From: Ignavibacteriota bacterium
GTDB lineage: Bacteria > Bacteroidota > Ignavibacteria > UBA10030
Reading direction: 5' to 3'
Assembly: GCA_963833465.1 (NCBI GenBank)
Contig: CAWHXW010000002.1
Location: 288,523-352,522, forward strand
Length of the DNA stretch: 64,000 nt
The position numbers were made by a program, and so were the translations under genes. The notes beneath the pieces were generated by a model. It was not told the origin of the DNA. It did no database searches and saw only the letters and a program-made list of their open reading frames with translations. Position 1 is the stretch's first letter. Each line of letters opens with the position of its first letter. Positions 51,840 to 62,549 of the stretch are shown piece after piece.

Positions 51840-52586
51840 CTACTTTTTCATAGGTTCATTCTCTGTTTTTATGGTTTTTAACCAAACTACTGCCGATCTA
51901 ATTAATCCAAAAACAACAAAAAGCATAAGCATCAAGAAAAGAATATTTTTATCTAATAATAATTCAGAAATCAAAACAACAAGAAAAGCAAAAATAATTA
52001 TAATAAACTTAGATGGATGCGATTTCAACTGAAGTTTCGTGAGTTTTGGCATCGTGTCATACTTCACATGACTTACCATCAAGAGAGAAAGAGCAATAAC
52101 AAGTATGATTAATTCAATGGGTGCATAATTGTCGTTTTCGATTTTTTCTCCGCCAAATTGAAGAATGAATGCGCATAGTGTTATCGCTTGCATTGGAATT
52201 GGCAGACCATTAAAAAAGTCTTTATCAAAACCAACGAGTTGCACGTTGAAACGCGCTAATCTTATTGCGCCGAATAGGACTGGCAATGCGGCGATAATAA
52301 TTCCCCATGGTTCTATGGAATGTAAATATACTTGATAAACCATGAATGATGGTGCTACCCCAAAAGATACGACATCTGCAAGCGAATCTAGCTCAACTCC
52401 GAACTGGCTTGACGAATGTGTCATCCTCGCCATTATGCCATCCAGCGAATCAAAAACAGCAGCCAAAATAATTGCCCATGCCGCTACGCTGAACCGCCCT
52501 TCACTTGCGAATATAACTGAAAGAAAACCGCAAAAGATATTAAGTGCTGTAAATAAACCTGGAACTACCGCCCGAGTAATTTTCAT
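51840..52586 (-). CDS. pssA: CDP-diacylglycerol-serine O-phosphatidyltransferase
   Basis: DSLDGIMAR...FGVELDSLADVVSFGVAP, RLARFN, GLPIP; adjacent to psd. Confidence 0.94.
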   Translation of the reverse strand: MKITRAVVPGLFTALNIFCGFLSVIFASEGRFSVAAWAIILAAVFDSLDGIMARMTHSSSQFGVELDSLADVVSFGVAPSFMVYQVYLHSIEPWGIIIAALPVLFGAIRLARFNVQLVGFDKDFFNGLPIPMQAITLCAFILQFGGEKIENDNYAPIELIILVIALSLLMVSHVKYDTMPKLTKLQLKSHPSKFIIIIFAFLVVLISELLLDKNILFLMLMLFVVFGLIRSAVVWLKTIKTENEPMKK

Positions 52587-52591
52587 TTAGT

Positions 52592-53260
52592 TCATTTCTC
52601 CAATCCGACATTAGGAAACTCACTCAAAATTGTTTCACCAGCTATAGTAACGTCACCAATCTTCGTTCTTAAAATTACTGACAATGGTAAAAATACATCT
52701 AAACGAGAACCGAATTTGATCATGCCAAAACGTTCTCCTGCGACAACTGTATCACCGGATTTTAATGGACAAACAATTCTCCTTGCAACAAAACCCGCTA
52801 TCTGTTTGAACATCACTTTCCCTTTTGCACTTTCAATTCCAACAATCATCTGTTCGTTTTTTTCCGAAGCTTTATCTTCAAATGCTGCGAAGTACTCTCC
52901 TTTTACATATCTTATATATTTTACAACTCCAGAAATGGGATTGCGATTAACATGAACATTGAGCGGCGACATAAAAATGCTGATTTGCCAAACATCCGAA
53001 TGGAAGAATTCGTTATCATATTTTTTTTTTACGACAATAACTTTTCCGTCTGCGGGCGAAATAATTAAATTTTCGCCTTTCGGCGTTATACGTTCCGGAT
53101 CACGGAAAAACATCGTTGTGAAACCAAAAATGAAAAGTGAAACCACAATAAGCGAATAACGATATGATTTCGGTTCGATAAAAAGAAGTGCCAGTAAAAT
53201 GATAACAACACATACAGTGGCAATTGTAAAATAAATATCATATCCATATTTTGTAATCAT
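52592..53260 (-). CDS. psd: Phosphatidylserine decarboxylase proenzyme
   Basis: FFRDPER, SPADGK, IFMSPLNVHVNR, IKFGSR cleavage motif. Confidence 0.95.
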   Translation of the reverse strand: MITKYGYDIYFTIATVCVVIILLALLFIEPKSYRYSLIVVSLFIFGFTTMFFRDPERITPKGENLIISPADGKVIVVKKKYDNEFFHSDVWQISIFMSPLNVHVNRNPISGVVKYIRYVKGEYFAAFEDKASEKNEQMIVGIESAKGKVMFKQIAGFVARRIVCPLKSGDTVVAGERFGMIKFGSRLDVFLPLSVILRTKIGDVTIAGETILSEFPNVGLEK

Positions 53261-53267
53261 AAGATTT

Positions 53268-54129
53268 TTAGACCTGTCCTGCTGCGTGATATGAACTGCG
53301 AATTAACGGTCCCGATTCAATATGCCGAAATCCCATTTTCATTCCTTCTTCTTTCAATATCCTAAACTCATCCGGATGCACATATCTATCAACCGGCAAG
53401 TGTTCCTTCGTCGGTTGAAGATACTGACCCAGTGTCAGAATATCGCATACTGCAGCACGTGCATCTTTCATCACATCTAAAACTTCTTCCTTCAGTTCGC
53501 CGATACCGAGCATTAATCCTGTTTTAGTCACGAATCCTTTACGTTTTGCCCGCCTAAGCACTTCCAGCGATCGTTGATAATTTGCCTGCGGCCTTATTGT
53601 TTTGTATAACCTGGAAACGGTTTCCAAATTATGATTTAGGATATCCGGTTTAGAAGCAAGAACGAGATCAAGGGCTTCTTCACTGCCGTTAAAATCAGGA
53701 ATCAAAACCTCAATTTTACAATTCGGAATACGCTCGTGAATCAGCCGAACTGTTTCAGCAAATATTGGCGCGCCTCCATCTTTTCGCTCATCTCGGTTGA
53801 CAGACGTTATAACAGCGTGCCAAATTTTCATCAACTCAATTGCTTCCACAACACGGCGGGGTTCATCCCAGTCTAATTCGTCTTCCGGCCGACCGGTCTT
53901 GACAGCACAGAATCTGCAAGCCCGAGTACAAATATCGCCAAGAATTATGAAAGATGCAGTACCCTAAATTCCAGCATTCTCCCATATTCGGACAACGCGC
54001 TTCTTCGCAGACTGTATGAAGTTTATGGAAGCGCATTATGCCGGCGAGTTTTGTATATTCCGCTCCACCAGGAATTTTCGCTTTTAGCCAATCAGGACGT
54101 TTTATATGAATTGGTTGACTTATCTGCAT
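53268..54129 (-). CDS. lipA: Lipoyl synthase (one apparent frameshift at ~53962; ~286 aa repaired)
   Basis: [18 protein letters not shown]. Removing one base gives [21 protein letters not shown] (radical SAM). GQYLQP, RSSYHA. Confidence 0.95.
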
Positions 54130-54140
54130 TTCAAATTCTT

Positions 54141-54881
54141 CTAATTAGCATTTAATGCTGCTGCAGTAACTTCTTTTTTAGTTTGTGATTGAATAATGAG
54201 ATGTTCTATAATTGAGTTCAATTCATTTTTTTCCACCCACTTTACTTGCATGTCGAACATTTTCACAAACGAATCGGCTATTACTTTATTAACGGCATTG
54301 AGGGGTAATTCACAACCCAGAATTCTCTGCATCGATGTCACGCCTTTGTGAAAAATTCCGCATGGAATAATTCTATCAAACTTAGTCAAATCAGTATTAA
54401 CATTTAATGCAAATCCATGCATCGTTACCCAGTGGCTCACTTTCACGCCAATTGCAGCTATCTTTTCTTCATTGACCCACACACCGGTCATGTCCTTCTC
54501 GCGTCCTGCTAAAATTCCAAAAGCTGCCGACGCACGAATAATTATTTCTTCTATGCTTCGCAAATAACGGTGAATATCCAAAAAGTAATTATTGAGATCG
54601 ATTATTGGGTAGCCGACGATTTGTCCGGGACCATGATAAGTAATATCACCGCCGCGGTCGACGCGAAAAACTTCTATGCCCGATTGCTTTAATTCTTTTT
54701 CTGAGGCAAGCAAATGATTATCGTCAGTTGATTTGCCAAGAGTGTAGACATGTTCATGTTCGGTAAGAAGCAGTATATCTTGAATGGAGCCCGATGCCCG
54801 TAACATCCATATTTTTTGTTGAAGCTTCCATGCATCTGAATATCGTGTACGGCCAAGGTCAGAAACGAGAAGAGGAATCAA
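54141..54881 (-). CDS. lipB: Lipoyl(octanoyl) transferase
   Basis: [39 protein letters not shown]. Confidence 0.96.
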   Translation of the reverse strand: MIPLLVSDLGRTRYSDAWKLQQKIWMLRASGSIQDILLLTEHEHVYTLGKSTDDNHLLASEKELKQSGIEVFRVDRGGDITYHGPGQIVGYPIIDLNNYFLDIHRYLRSIEEIIIRASAAFGILAGREKDMTGVWVNEEKIAAIGVKVSHWVTMHGFALNVNTDLTKFDRIIPCGIFHKGVTSMQRILGCELPLNAVNKVIADSFVKMFDMQVKWVEKNELNSIIEHLIIQSQTKKEVTAAALNAN

Positions 54882-54899
54882 AATAATTCTCTTATAATT

Positions 54900-56294
54900 T
54901 TATATGTTAATAGCGACATCAAAAGCTTGTCCTGCGGCTTCCATAATCGCTTCCGACAATGTCGGATGAGAGTGAATCGTGTTATGCAGTTCTTCCCATG
55001 TCGTTTCAAGCGCTTTTGCAATCCCAAGTTCTGCAATTATTTCTGTTGCTTCTGCACCAATTATGTGCGCTCCGAGCAGTTCACCAAATTTTTCATCAAA
55101 AACTAATTTTACAATCCCTTCTGTTTCGCCAATCGCCATTGCTTTGCCGAGAGGACGAAATGGGTAACGCCCAACTCTTACTTTATATCCTTTTGCGACT
55201 GCCGCATCTTCTGTCAATCCTACACTTGCAACTTGCGGCTGGCAATATGTGCAGCTTGGAATATTCGTTCTATCAAAACCTTTTTTTGATTTTCCAGCAA
55301 TATGCTCGACCGAGACAATTCCTTCGTGTGAAGCAACATGTGCAAGCAATGGCGGTCCAGCAACATCACCGATTGCATAGATACAATCAATATTCGTTTT
55401 TCCAAACTCATTTACTGCAATAAATCCATGTTCTAAATTAATGCCGAGTGATTCCAACCCAAGATTTTCCACATTTGCTTGAACACCGACAGCCATCAAC
55501 GCTATTTCTGCGGAGATGTCCCTTTTTCCATCCTTATCTGAAATTGTCACAGTAACAATGTCACTAATTTTCACTCCCTCAACCTTTGTGCCTGTTAGAA
55601 TTTCAATGCCAGACTTCTTCAAGCTTGCTTCAAGAATTTTTGTAATCTCTTTATCTTCTATTGGAAGAATAGATGGAAGCATTTCAATAACAGTCACACT
55701 TGTGCCAAAGGAATTATAGAAGTACGCGAATTCTATGCCTATTGCACCGCCGCCAATAATAATCATCGATTTAGGTTGTTCCGTCAATGTCATAGCTTCG
55801 GAACTTGTAATAACCTTTTTTCTATCGAATGTAATACCTGGAATTGAACGCGGTCTGCCGCCAGTCGCAATAACAATATTTTTTGTTCTGATACTATCAG
55901 TTACTTTATTTTCTTTTACGATTTCGATTGAATTTCTTCCAGTAAGTTTCGCAGTGCCAGAAATAATTTCAATTTTATTCTTCTTCATTAAATATTCGAC
56001 GCCTTTAGACACACGGTCTGCTATACTGCGGCTTCGCGCAATGATTTTAGAAAATTCGTAAGACAACCCTTTATGAGTTATGCCATATTCTTGCGATTTC
56101 TTAAATGCATTATAAAGTTCGGCGCTTTTAAGCAATGCTTTCGATGGAATACATCCCCAGTTTAGGCAAACGCCTCCGAGCTTTTCACGCTCAATTAAAC
56201 CGACCTTCATATCTAATTGTGCCGCACGAATTGCAGCAGTATATCCGCCAGGACCGCCGCCAACGATCACTACATCGTATTGTAGTTCTTCCAT
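54900..56294 (-). CDS. lpdA: Dihydrolipoyl dehydrogenase
   Basis: GGGPGGY, GGVCLNWGCIPSK, GGGAIGIE, HSHPTLSE; ATG at 56294. Confidence 0.96.
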   Translation of the reverse strand: MEELQYDVVIVGGGPGGYTAAIRAAQLDMKVGLIEREKLGGVCLNWGCIPSKALLKSAELYNAFKKSQEYGITHKGLSYEFSKIIARSRSIADRVSKGVEYLMKKNKIEIISGTAKLTGRNSIEIVKENKVTDSIRTKNIVIATGGRPRSIPGITFDRKKVITSSEAMTLTEQPKSMIIIGGGAIGIEFAYFYNSFGTSVTVIEMLPSILPIEDKEITKILEASLKKSGIEILTGTKVEGVKISDIVTVTISDKDGKRDISAEIALMAVGVQANVENLGLESLGINLEHGFIAVNEFGKTNIDCIYAIGDVAGPPLLAHVASHEGIVSVEHIAGKSKKGFDRTNIPSCTYCQPQVASVGLTEDAAVAKGYKVRVGRYPFRPLGKAMAIGETEGIVKLVFDEKFGELLGAHIIGAEATEIIAELGIAKALETTWEELHNTIHSHPTLSEAIMEAAGQAFDVAINI

Positions 56295-56628
56295 AGCATA
56301 TCTTTCAAACAAAAAGTTTTAACTTTTATTAATAATATAGCCAGAAGTGTGACCAAAGGCAAAACAGCTAATTAGGCCGCTTAATGCATTCACGTTATAT
56401 CAGACTACAAATAGCAATATCTAAATTCCCATTCATTGAATATCATTTTTACTTCTATCAATATTTTTGACTCGCTGATCGCAAATAGATACTCTTTTGC
56501 AACTATCAAATTTCTATCAAAGGAAATTAAATTTTCGTTGTAAAAATTGATTATTTATTTCTTATAATATATTTTTAGTTTTACGATTGATTCTGTTTTA
56601 CTTTTCAGGTATGTTAAAATAAAAGCAG

Positions 56629-57090
56629 ATGTCTGAAGAATCACAGCGTATTTCCATTAGCAACCGCAAAGTGCGGCATGAATATTTTATTCTCGAAGGG
56701 TTAGAAGCCGGTATTGTTCTCACCGGCACAGAAGTTAAATCGCTTCGCAAGGGCAATGCAAATCTTCAGGATAGTTATGCTGAACTGCGAAGCGGTGAAG
56801 TTTGGTTAGAAGGAATGCACATAAGTCCTTACGATCAAGGCAATATTAACAATCATGAGCCGCGTCGCAAACGAAAGCTCCTTTTACAAAGAAAGCAAAT
56901 CCACAAGCTCATTGGCAGGATGAAGGAAAAAGGATTGACGCTAGTACCATTGTCAGTATATTTTAAAGGACCATACGCAAAAATCGAACTTGGCTTAGCG
57001 CGCGGAAAAAAGAGTTTTGATAAGCGGGAGGCAATTGCTAAACGCGATGCGGAACGTGATATTGCAAGAGCGAGAAGGGATAGAACTTAA
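56629..57090 (+). CDS. smpB: SsrA-binding protein
   Basis: NRKVRHEY, EAGIVLTGTEVKSLR, RKLLL, GKKSFDKR. Confidence 0.97.
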   Translation: MSEESQRISISNRKVRHEYFILEGLEAGIVLTGTEVKSLRKGNANLQDSYAELRSGEVWLEGMHISPYDQGNINNHEPRRKRKLLLQRKQIHKLIGRMKEKGLTLVPLSVYFKGPYAKIELGLARGKKSFDKREAIAKRDAERDIARARRDRT

Positions 57091-57092
57091 AA

Positions 57093-58298
57093 TTGTTTCC
57101 TACTATTAATGAACAAATGGATGTCATTAAGCGCGGTGCTTCGGAAATTATTCCTGAAGAAGACCTCGTTAAAAAGCTTGAACATTCAATTAAAACAAAT
57201 AAACCGCTTAATATTAAACTTGGCTGCGACCCAAGCCGTCCAGATTTACATTTAGGTCATTCGGTAGTTCTCAGAAAATTACGGCAATTTCAAGATCTCG
57301 GCCATATTGCAATTCTTATCATCGGCGACTTTACCGGAATGATTGGTGATCCTTCGGGGAAGAGCAAAACGCGTCCTTCGTTGACGCTTGAAGAAACGCA
57401 TCGTAACGGGCAATCATATTTCGAGCAAGCAGAAAAAATACTTTCTGCAAATAGAATATCGATGCAATATAATTCCGATTGGCTTAATAAAATGAGTTTT
57501 GCAGAGGTAATTCGACTTGCCAGTAAATATACTGTAGCGCGAATGTTAGAACGGGATGATTTTACAATCCGCTACAAAGCAGGCGAACCGATTAGCGTCC
57601 ATGAATTTTTGTACCCTCTTGCACAAGCGATGGATTCAGTTGCTATTCATTCAGATGTTGAACTTGGCGGGACAGATCAAAAATTTAATCTTTTAGTAGG
57701 TAGAGATATTCAGCGCGAATATAATCAAGAGCCGCAAGTCATTTTAACAATGCCGATCCTCGCCGGAACTGACGGTGTCGAAAAAATGAGCAAATCGTTA
57801 GATAATTATATCGGCATTAGCGATTCGCCAAAAGAAATTTTTGGCAAGTCGCTCAGCATTCCTGACAAATTGATCTATCAGTATTTTGAACTGGCAACCG
57901 ATGTTTCTAAAGAAGAATTAGCTAACGTAAAATCTTCTCTTGAAAATGTTAGAACCAATCCCCGGGACGTAAAGCGGTATCTTGGACGAACGCTTGTGCG
58001 GATGTATCATTCTCAAACTTCAGCAGATGATGCGGAAAAAGAATTCAATAAAATATTTATTCAGAAAAGCATTCCTGATAATATTGAAGAGTTCAAAAGA
58101 AGCAAATCAATAAATATTATTACTTTACTTACCGACACAAAACTTGCCTCCTCAAAGGGCGAAGCACGGCGGCTTATTGATCAAGGCGGAGTCAGTATTG
58201 ATGACAAACGAGTAACTGATCCCAATTTGCCTTTGCCGGATAAAGACGAATTTATCCTTAAGGTCGGAAAGCGGCGTTTTCTAAAAGTTAAGCGATAA
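57093..58298 (+). CDS. tyrS: Tyrosine-tRNA ligase
   Basis: DPSRPDLHLGH (HIGH), GGTDQKFN, KMSKS, C-terminal S4 domain ending KVGKRR. Confidence 0.97.
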   Translation: MFPTINEQMDVIKRGASEIIPEEDLVKKLEHSIKTNKPLNIKLGCDPSRPDLHLGHSVVLRKLRQFQDLGHIAILIIGDFTGMIGDPSGKSKTRPSLTLEETHRNGQSYFEQAEKILSANRISMQYNSDWLNKMSFAEVIRLASKYTVARMLERDDFTIRYKAGEPISVHEFLYPLAQAMDSVAIHSDVELGGTDQKFNLLVGRDIQREYNQEPQVILTMPILAGTDGVEKMSKSLDNYIGISDSPKEIFGKSLSIPDKLIYQYFELATDVSKEELANVKSSLENVRTNPRDVKRYLGRTLVRMYHSQTSADDAEKEFNKIFIQKSIPDNIEEFKRSKSINIITLLTDTKLASSKGEARRLIDQGGVSIDDKRVTDPNLPLPDKDEFILKVGKRRFLKVKR

Positions 58299-58326
58299 TT
58301 AATCATCATTATTTGGAGAAAATAAA

Positions 58327-58872
58327 TTGTTCACTCCCACAAAAGTTTTTTTTACCAAAGGCGTCGGACGCCACAGAGATTATTTGCAATCTTTTGAATT
58401 GGCTTTGCGCGATGCAGGAATAGAAATCTGCAATCTTGTTACTGTTTCCAGCATATATCCACCAGGTTGTAAGCGCATTCCGAAAGATGAAGGCATCAAG
58501 CAGCTAAGCGCCGGTCAAATTACATTTTGTGTGATGGCACGAAACGCAACAAATGAACCCAATCGTCTAATAGCTGCTTCTATTGGCGTTGCACAGCCGG
58601 CAGATGATTCGGTCTATGGATATCTTTCAGAGCATCATCCTTTTGGTGAAACCGACGAACGCGCCGGAGAATATGCAGAAGACCTTGCGGCTTCAATGCT
58701 TGCTACAACGCTTGGAGTTCAGTTCGATCCTAATACAGAATGGGATGAACGAGAAAAAATATTTAAAATGTCAGGTAAAATTGTTCGTACGTTCAACGTA
58801 ACGCAGTCTGCTGAAGGTGATAAAAATGGTTTATGGACTTCGGTAGTTGCAGCGGCAATGCTGCTTCCATAG
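58327..58872 (+). CDS. pdaD: Pyruvoyl-dependent arginine decarboxylase
   Basis: [17 protein letters not shown]|SIYPP self-cleavage site, [18 protein letters not shown]. Confidence 0.9.
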   Translation: MFTPTKVFFTKGVGRHRDYLQSFELALRDAGIEICNLVTVSSIYPPGCKRIPKDEGIKQLSAGQITFCVMARNATNEPNRLIAASIGVAQPADDSVYGYLSEHHPFGETDERAGEYAEDLAASMLATTLGVQFDPNTEWDEREKIFKMSGKIVRTFNVTQSAEGDKNGLWTSVVAAAMLLP

Positions 58873-59398
58873 CTTGCTGCTGTAATTTATCATAATTTTT
58901 TTGAAAGGCAGTTTCCTTTTTATAAGTCGATCTATTTTAAATATTTTTGCTTTTAACTAGTTCACTTAATGATATCTTCATTCCTCATCGAGTTTTTACA
59001 TCCCATCATTCTCGAACACTTTAATTTTCAATCTTCCCAGTTTATGAAAGTGTAAAATAAAGGTTTAATAAATAGGGATAACTTAGTTTCCACCATTTTC
59101 CTCTTTTTATCTACAGAAATGTAAGCATAATAGACTTCAAATAAGGTGGTTTATCTATAATCAATTTTATTAATTTGGACACGGAAAGCAAATAGCAGGA
59201 AATTGATTTGTGTTTTTTTTAGTTCATTATGATTATTCTTGTGAACAGTCTAACTGAAGTTTTACTATATTATGGCTGTATGAATTATGGCACGGGAATT
59301 GAATTTTACTAATAATAGTAGATTAAATCGAATATAATTATATATCAAAATTTTAGGCGATGTATGATTTCTATTAAAGACACTACGTGGAGAAAAAA

Positions 59399-61618
59399 AT
59401 GAAATACTTAATGGTTGTGTTTATAATTTGCTTTACAATGTCGCTCTATGCAGATGACTGGCCGCGTGAAGTCCTGAGCACAGAGGGTACAATTACCATG
59501 TATCAACCTCAGATCGAATCATACTCTGGAGATTTTTTGAAAGCACGAGCCGCAGTTTCCATTACGCCAACCGATAAAGATGAACCTGTGTTTGGGGCAA
59601 TTTGGATAACGTGCAGAGTCCTAACTGATCGCCCTACACGAACAGTAAAGCTCGAAGAAATGGAAGTGCGAAGAATTAGATTTCCGGCTAGTACCGATGC
59701 AGATACAGCAAAAATTGCCGCAGCATTGGAAGAAGTGATACCACGTTCTGATCTGACTTTTTCGCTCGATCTGCTTCTCGAAAGTATTTCACTATCACAG
59801 AAAGAAAAGGAAAATACACGCGAACTCGAAATAAAACCTCCAAAAATAATCTTTATGGAACATCCCGCAGTACTCGTTAGAATCGACGGCGACCCGATTC
59901 TCGCAAACATCGAGGGAACATCGCTAAAGCGTGTCGTTAATACTCCCTATTTTTTAGTCCAAGATATTTCTTCAGGTAAATTCTTTCTACGCGGAGGCGA
60001 TATATGGTTCAGTGCAAGGAAAATAAATGGGCAGTGGAATCAAATTACAAACCCTCCGAATTCTGTTGTTGATCTTTCCGACAAAATGAAATCCGATGAT
60101 GAATCTTACGAAGATTCAACTGCAAATGATATTGTATCAAAAACTGGAAAAGTACCTGAGATTGTAGTGAGCACAGAACCGACAGAATTGATAGCAACCG
60201 ATGGACCTGTACAATTTGTACCGATTCAAGAAACCGAACTTCTTTATGCAAGCAATACTCCAAGCCGTCTTTTTCTTGAGATTAAAACGCAACAGCGCTT
60301 CATTCTTATTTCAGGAAGATGGTACACTGCAACATCTGCAAATGGTCCATGGGTGTTTATAGCATCAGAAAAACTTCCGGAAGATTTTAAGAAAATTCCT
60401 CCCGGCTCAGAGTGCGACGATGTGCTTGCCTGTGTTGCTGGAACAATACCGGCAAAAGAAGCTGTCTATGATACACAGATACCACAAATGGCAGAAGTGG
60501 ATCGCGCGCAAGCGACAACCCAGGTAGAATATGATGGAGAACCGCAATTTGAACCAATTGAGAATACAGGAATGGATTATGCAGTAAATACATCTACGGC
60601 AGTGATTCGCGTTGATGGGCGGTATTACGATTGCGATGAAGGAATATGGTTTGAAAGTGCGTCTCCATTCGGTCCTTGGATGGTTTGCATCGATGTCCCT
60701 GAAGTCATTTATACAATTCCTTCTCGATATCCCGTGTATAATGTACGTTACGTTCGTGTTTACTATCACACTGCCGATTTTGTGTATGTCGGATACACTG
60801 CCGGTTATACAGAATGTTTCGTCTACGGCAGAACAGTAGTATACGGCACAGGATATAATTATCATCCTTGGTACAGACACAATTATTACGCACGACCTTG
60901 GACATGGGGATTCAACATTTACTATAATCCTTGGACTGGTTGGTCATTCGGCACTGGCTGGGGACAATCGCACGGGTGGTTTGTACGCCATCCAAACGAT
61001 AATTACACAGGATGGTGGGGACCGGCAGATTATCGCCCAATCTATCATCCTCCTGCAAAGCCGATTTATCGTGATGGATATCATCCTGCATATCAAGAAA
61101 TAAAATCAAGCTCACCAGCTGTGAGAATATCGAACGATATAAGACGGACTACTGGTGTAAACCGTTCTGCAACTCTTTATGATAATAGGTCATCTGGAGT
61201 AAGACGTCCAATTGCGATTTCGACTCCAAGTCCACAAATTAAAACGAAGACAACTTCTCCAGAACTACGTCAGCCAGAAACTCGTACTTCCAAACCAGCT
61301 GCTCCTATAGTTTCGCAGCCTGAGCCACGACCTATTCCAAGTGTCGAAGCGCCGCAAATAATAACTCGTTCATCAACAAGAGAAAATAATGTATATGCGG
61401 CTCCGAATGGCAACATTATGCGCAGCACTCCTCAGGGTTGGCAGCAACGTGAAAAGAATACATGGAAAAATGCTGACGAGACACCAGCAAAACAAGAAAT
61501 AGTGCATGATAGTGAAGTGCGTCAACGTGCAGCAGAACGTTCATCAAGTCCTAGGCAAACCTTTACACCTTCACCTGTACCAAGGCGCAGCTCGGATGAT
61601 AAAGATAAAAAGCATTGA
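59399..61618 (+). CDS. Secreted hypothetical protein with three internal repeats, an aromatic-rich segment and a Pro/Ser/Arg-rich tail
   Basis: Signal peptide MKYLMVVFIICFTMSLYA|DD, WPR, YQPQ; ATG at 59399 (ORF begins at 59387). Confidence 0.85.
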   Translation: MKYLMVVFIICFTMSLYADDWPREVLSTEGTITMYQPQIESYSGDFLKARAAVSITPTDKDEPVFGAIWITCRVLTDRPTRTVKLEEMEVRRIRFPASTDADTAKIAAALEEVIPRSDLTFSLDLLLESISLSQKEKENTRELEIKPPKIIFMEHPAVLVRIDGDPILANIEGTSLKRVVNTPYFLVQDISSGKFFLRGGDIWFSARKINGQWNQITNPPNSVVDLSDKMKSDDESYEDSTANDIVSKTGKVPEIVVSTEPTELIATDGPVQFVPIQETELLYASNTPSRLFLEIKTQQRFILISGRWYTATSANGPWVFIASEKLPEDFKKIPPGSECDDVLACVAGTIPAKEAVYDTQIPQMAEVDRAQATTQVEYDGEPQFEPIENTGMDYAVNTSTAVIRVDGRYYDCDEGIWFESASPFGPWMVCIDVPEVIYTIPSRYPVYNVRYVRVYYHTADFVYVGYTAGYTECFVYGRTVVYGTGYNYHPWYRHNYYARPWTWGFNIYYNPWTGWSFGTGWGQSHGWFVRHPNDNYTGWWGPADYRPIYHPPAKPIYRDGYHPAYQEIKSSSPAVRISNDIRRTTGVNRSATLYDNRSSGVRRPIAISTPSPQIKTKTTSPELRQPETRTSKPAAPIVSQPEPRPIPSVEAPQIITRSSTRENNVYAAPNGNIMRSTPQGWQQREKNTWKNADETPAKQEIVHDSEVRQRAAERSSSPRQTFTPSPVPRRSSDDKDKKH

Positions 61619-61874
61619 GATAAGAAAGCTGATAGTGAAAGGTAATGAAACGTAGATTCCCACTATAATAATTTAAAAATGAACCGTTGCCTTTCACTTA
61701 AGAAAAATTCAATTACTATTTAATATTGATTATCAGTAAAGTGCTTAAAAGTAGAACTGAATTGAAAATTTTAAATAATTTTAGAATTACATCTGGTACT
61801 ACTTTTATTGTGCACTAATAAACATAAGAGAATTTTTATATTATAAAACCATAACTCAATATGATGGGATATAA

Positions 61875-62549
61875 TTACTTCCCTTCTATTACAATTACAA
61901 ATTCACCTTTTTTTCCATCTTTCAGAAACTGTTGATACAGTTTTGGCGGTGTGCTGTGATAAATTTCTTCTGAAGGTAATGTAAGGTCAAATGCTACGCA
62001 TATACGACGCGTCTCTCCGAATACATCAGCCATATCCCGCAAGAGTTGCACAAGACGATACGGAGTATCCATTAACACAATTGTTCGTTGTTCTTTTCGG
62101 AGATTGTGCAATTCGGTTAACCGCCGTTCGCGTTTTGGCGAAAGGAATCCTGCAAATACAAATTCTTTGATTGGGAATCCCGAGACAATGAGCGCCGGTA
62201 ACAGCGATGAAGCACCTGGTACTGGAACAATTTTAATTTTATATCGAATTGCTTTCTCTACTAATACCCTTCCTGGATCCGAAAACACTGGTGTGCCTGC
62301 ATCTGAAATCAACGCAATTGATTTTCCACCTTTCAATACATCAATCATAACGCTTGCGGCTGCGGTTTCGTTATGTTCATTCAACATCTCGATTTTTTTT
62401 TCAATTCCATATTGCCGAAGTAAGCGCAATCCTTCATTTCGTTCTTCGCATAAAACAACATCCACCATCTTGAGCACATCCAATGCACGCAGTGTGATAT
62501 CATCATAATTACCTATTGGAATCGCTACAAGATAAAGAGTACCTGACAT
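61875..62549 (-). CDS. rsmI: 16S rRNA (cytidine1402-2'-O)-methyltransferase
   Basis: GTLYLVAIPIGN..DITLRA, SDAGTP..SDPG, PVPGAS, F.GFL, KGE. Confidence 0.95.
   Translation of the reverse strand: MSGTLYLVAIPIGNYDDITLRALDVLKMVDVVLCEERNEGLRLLRQYGIEKKIEMLNEHNETAAASVMIDVLKGGKSIALISDAGTPVFSDPGRVLVEKAIRYKIKIVPVPGASSLLPALIVSGFPIKEFVFAGFLSPKRERRLTELHNLRKEQRTIVLMDTPYRLVQLLRDMADVFGETRRICVAFDLTLPSEEIYHSTPPKLYQQFLKDGKKGEFVIVIEGK

Noticed and set aside
53268-54129. lipA (and the other split genes) as true pseudogenes or programmed frameshifts
   Set aside because: All motifs are intact, single-base repairs restore full length, no slippery heptamers are present, and a shared AGTAC context points to sequencing error.
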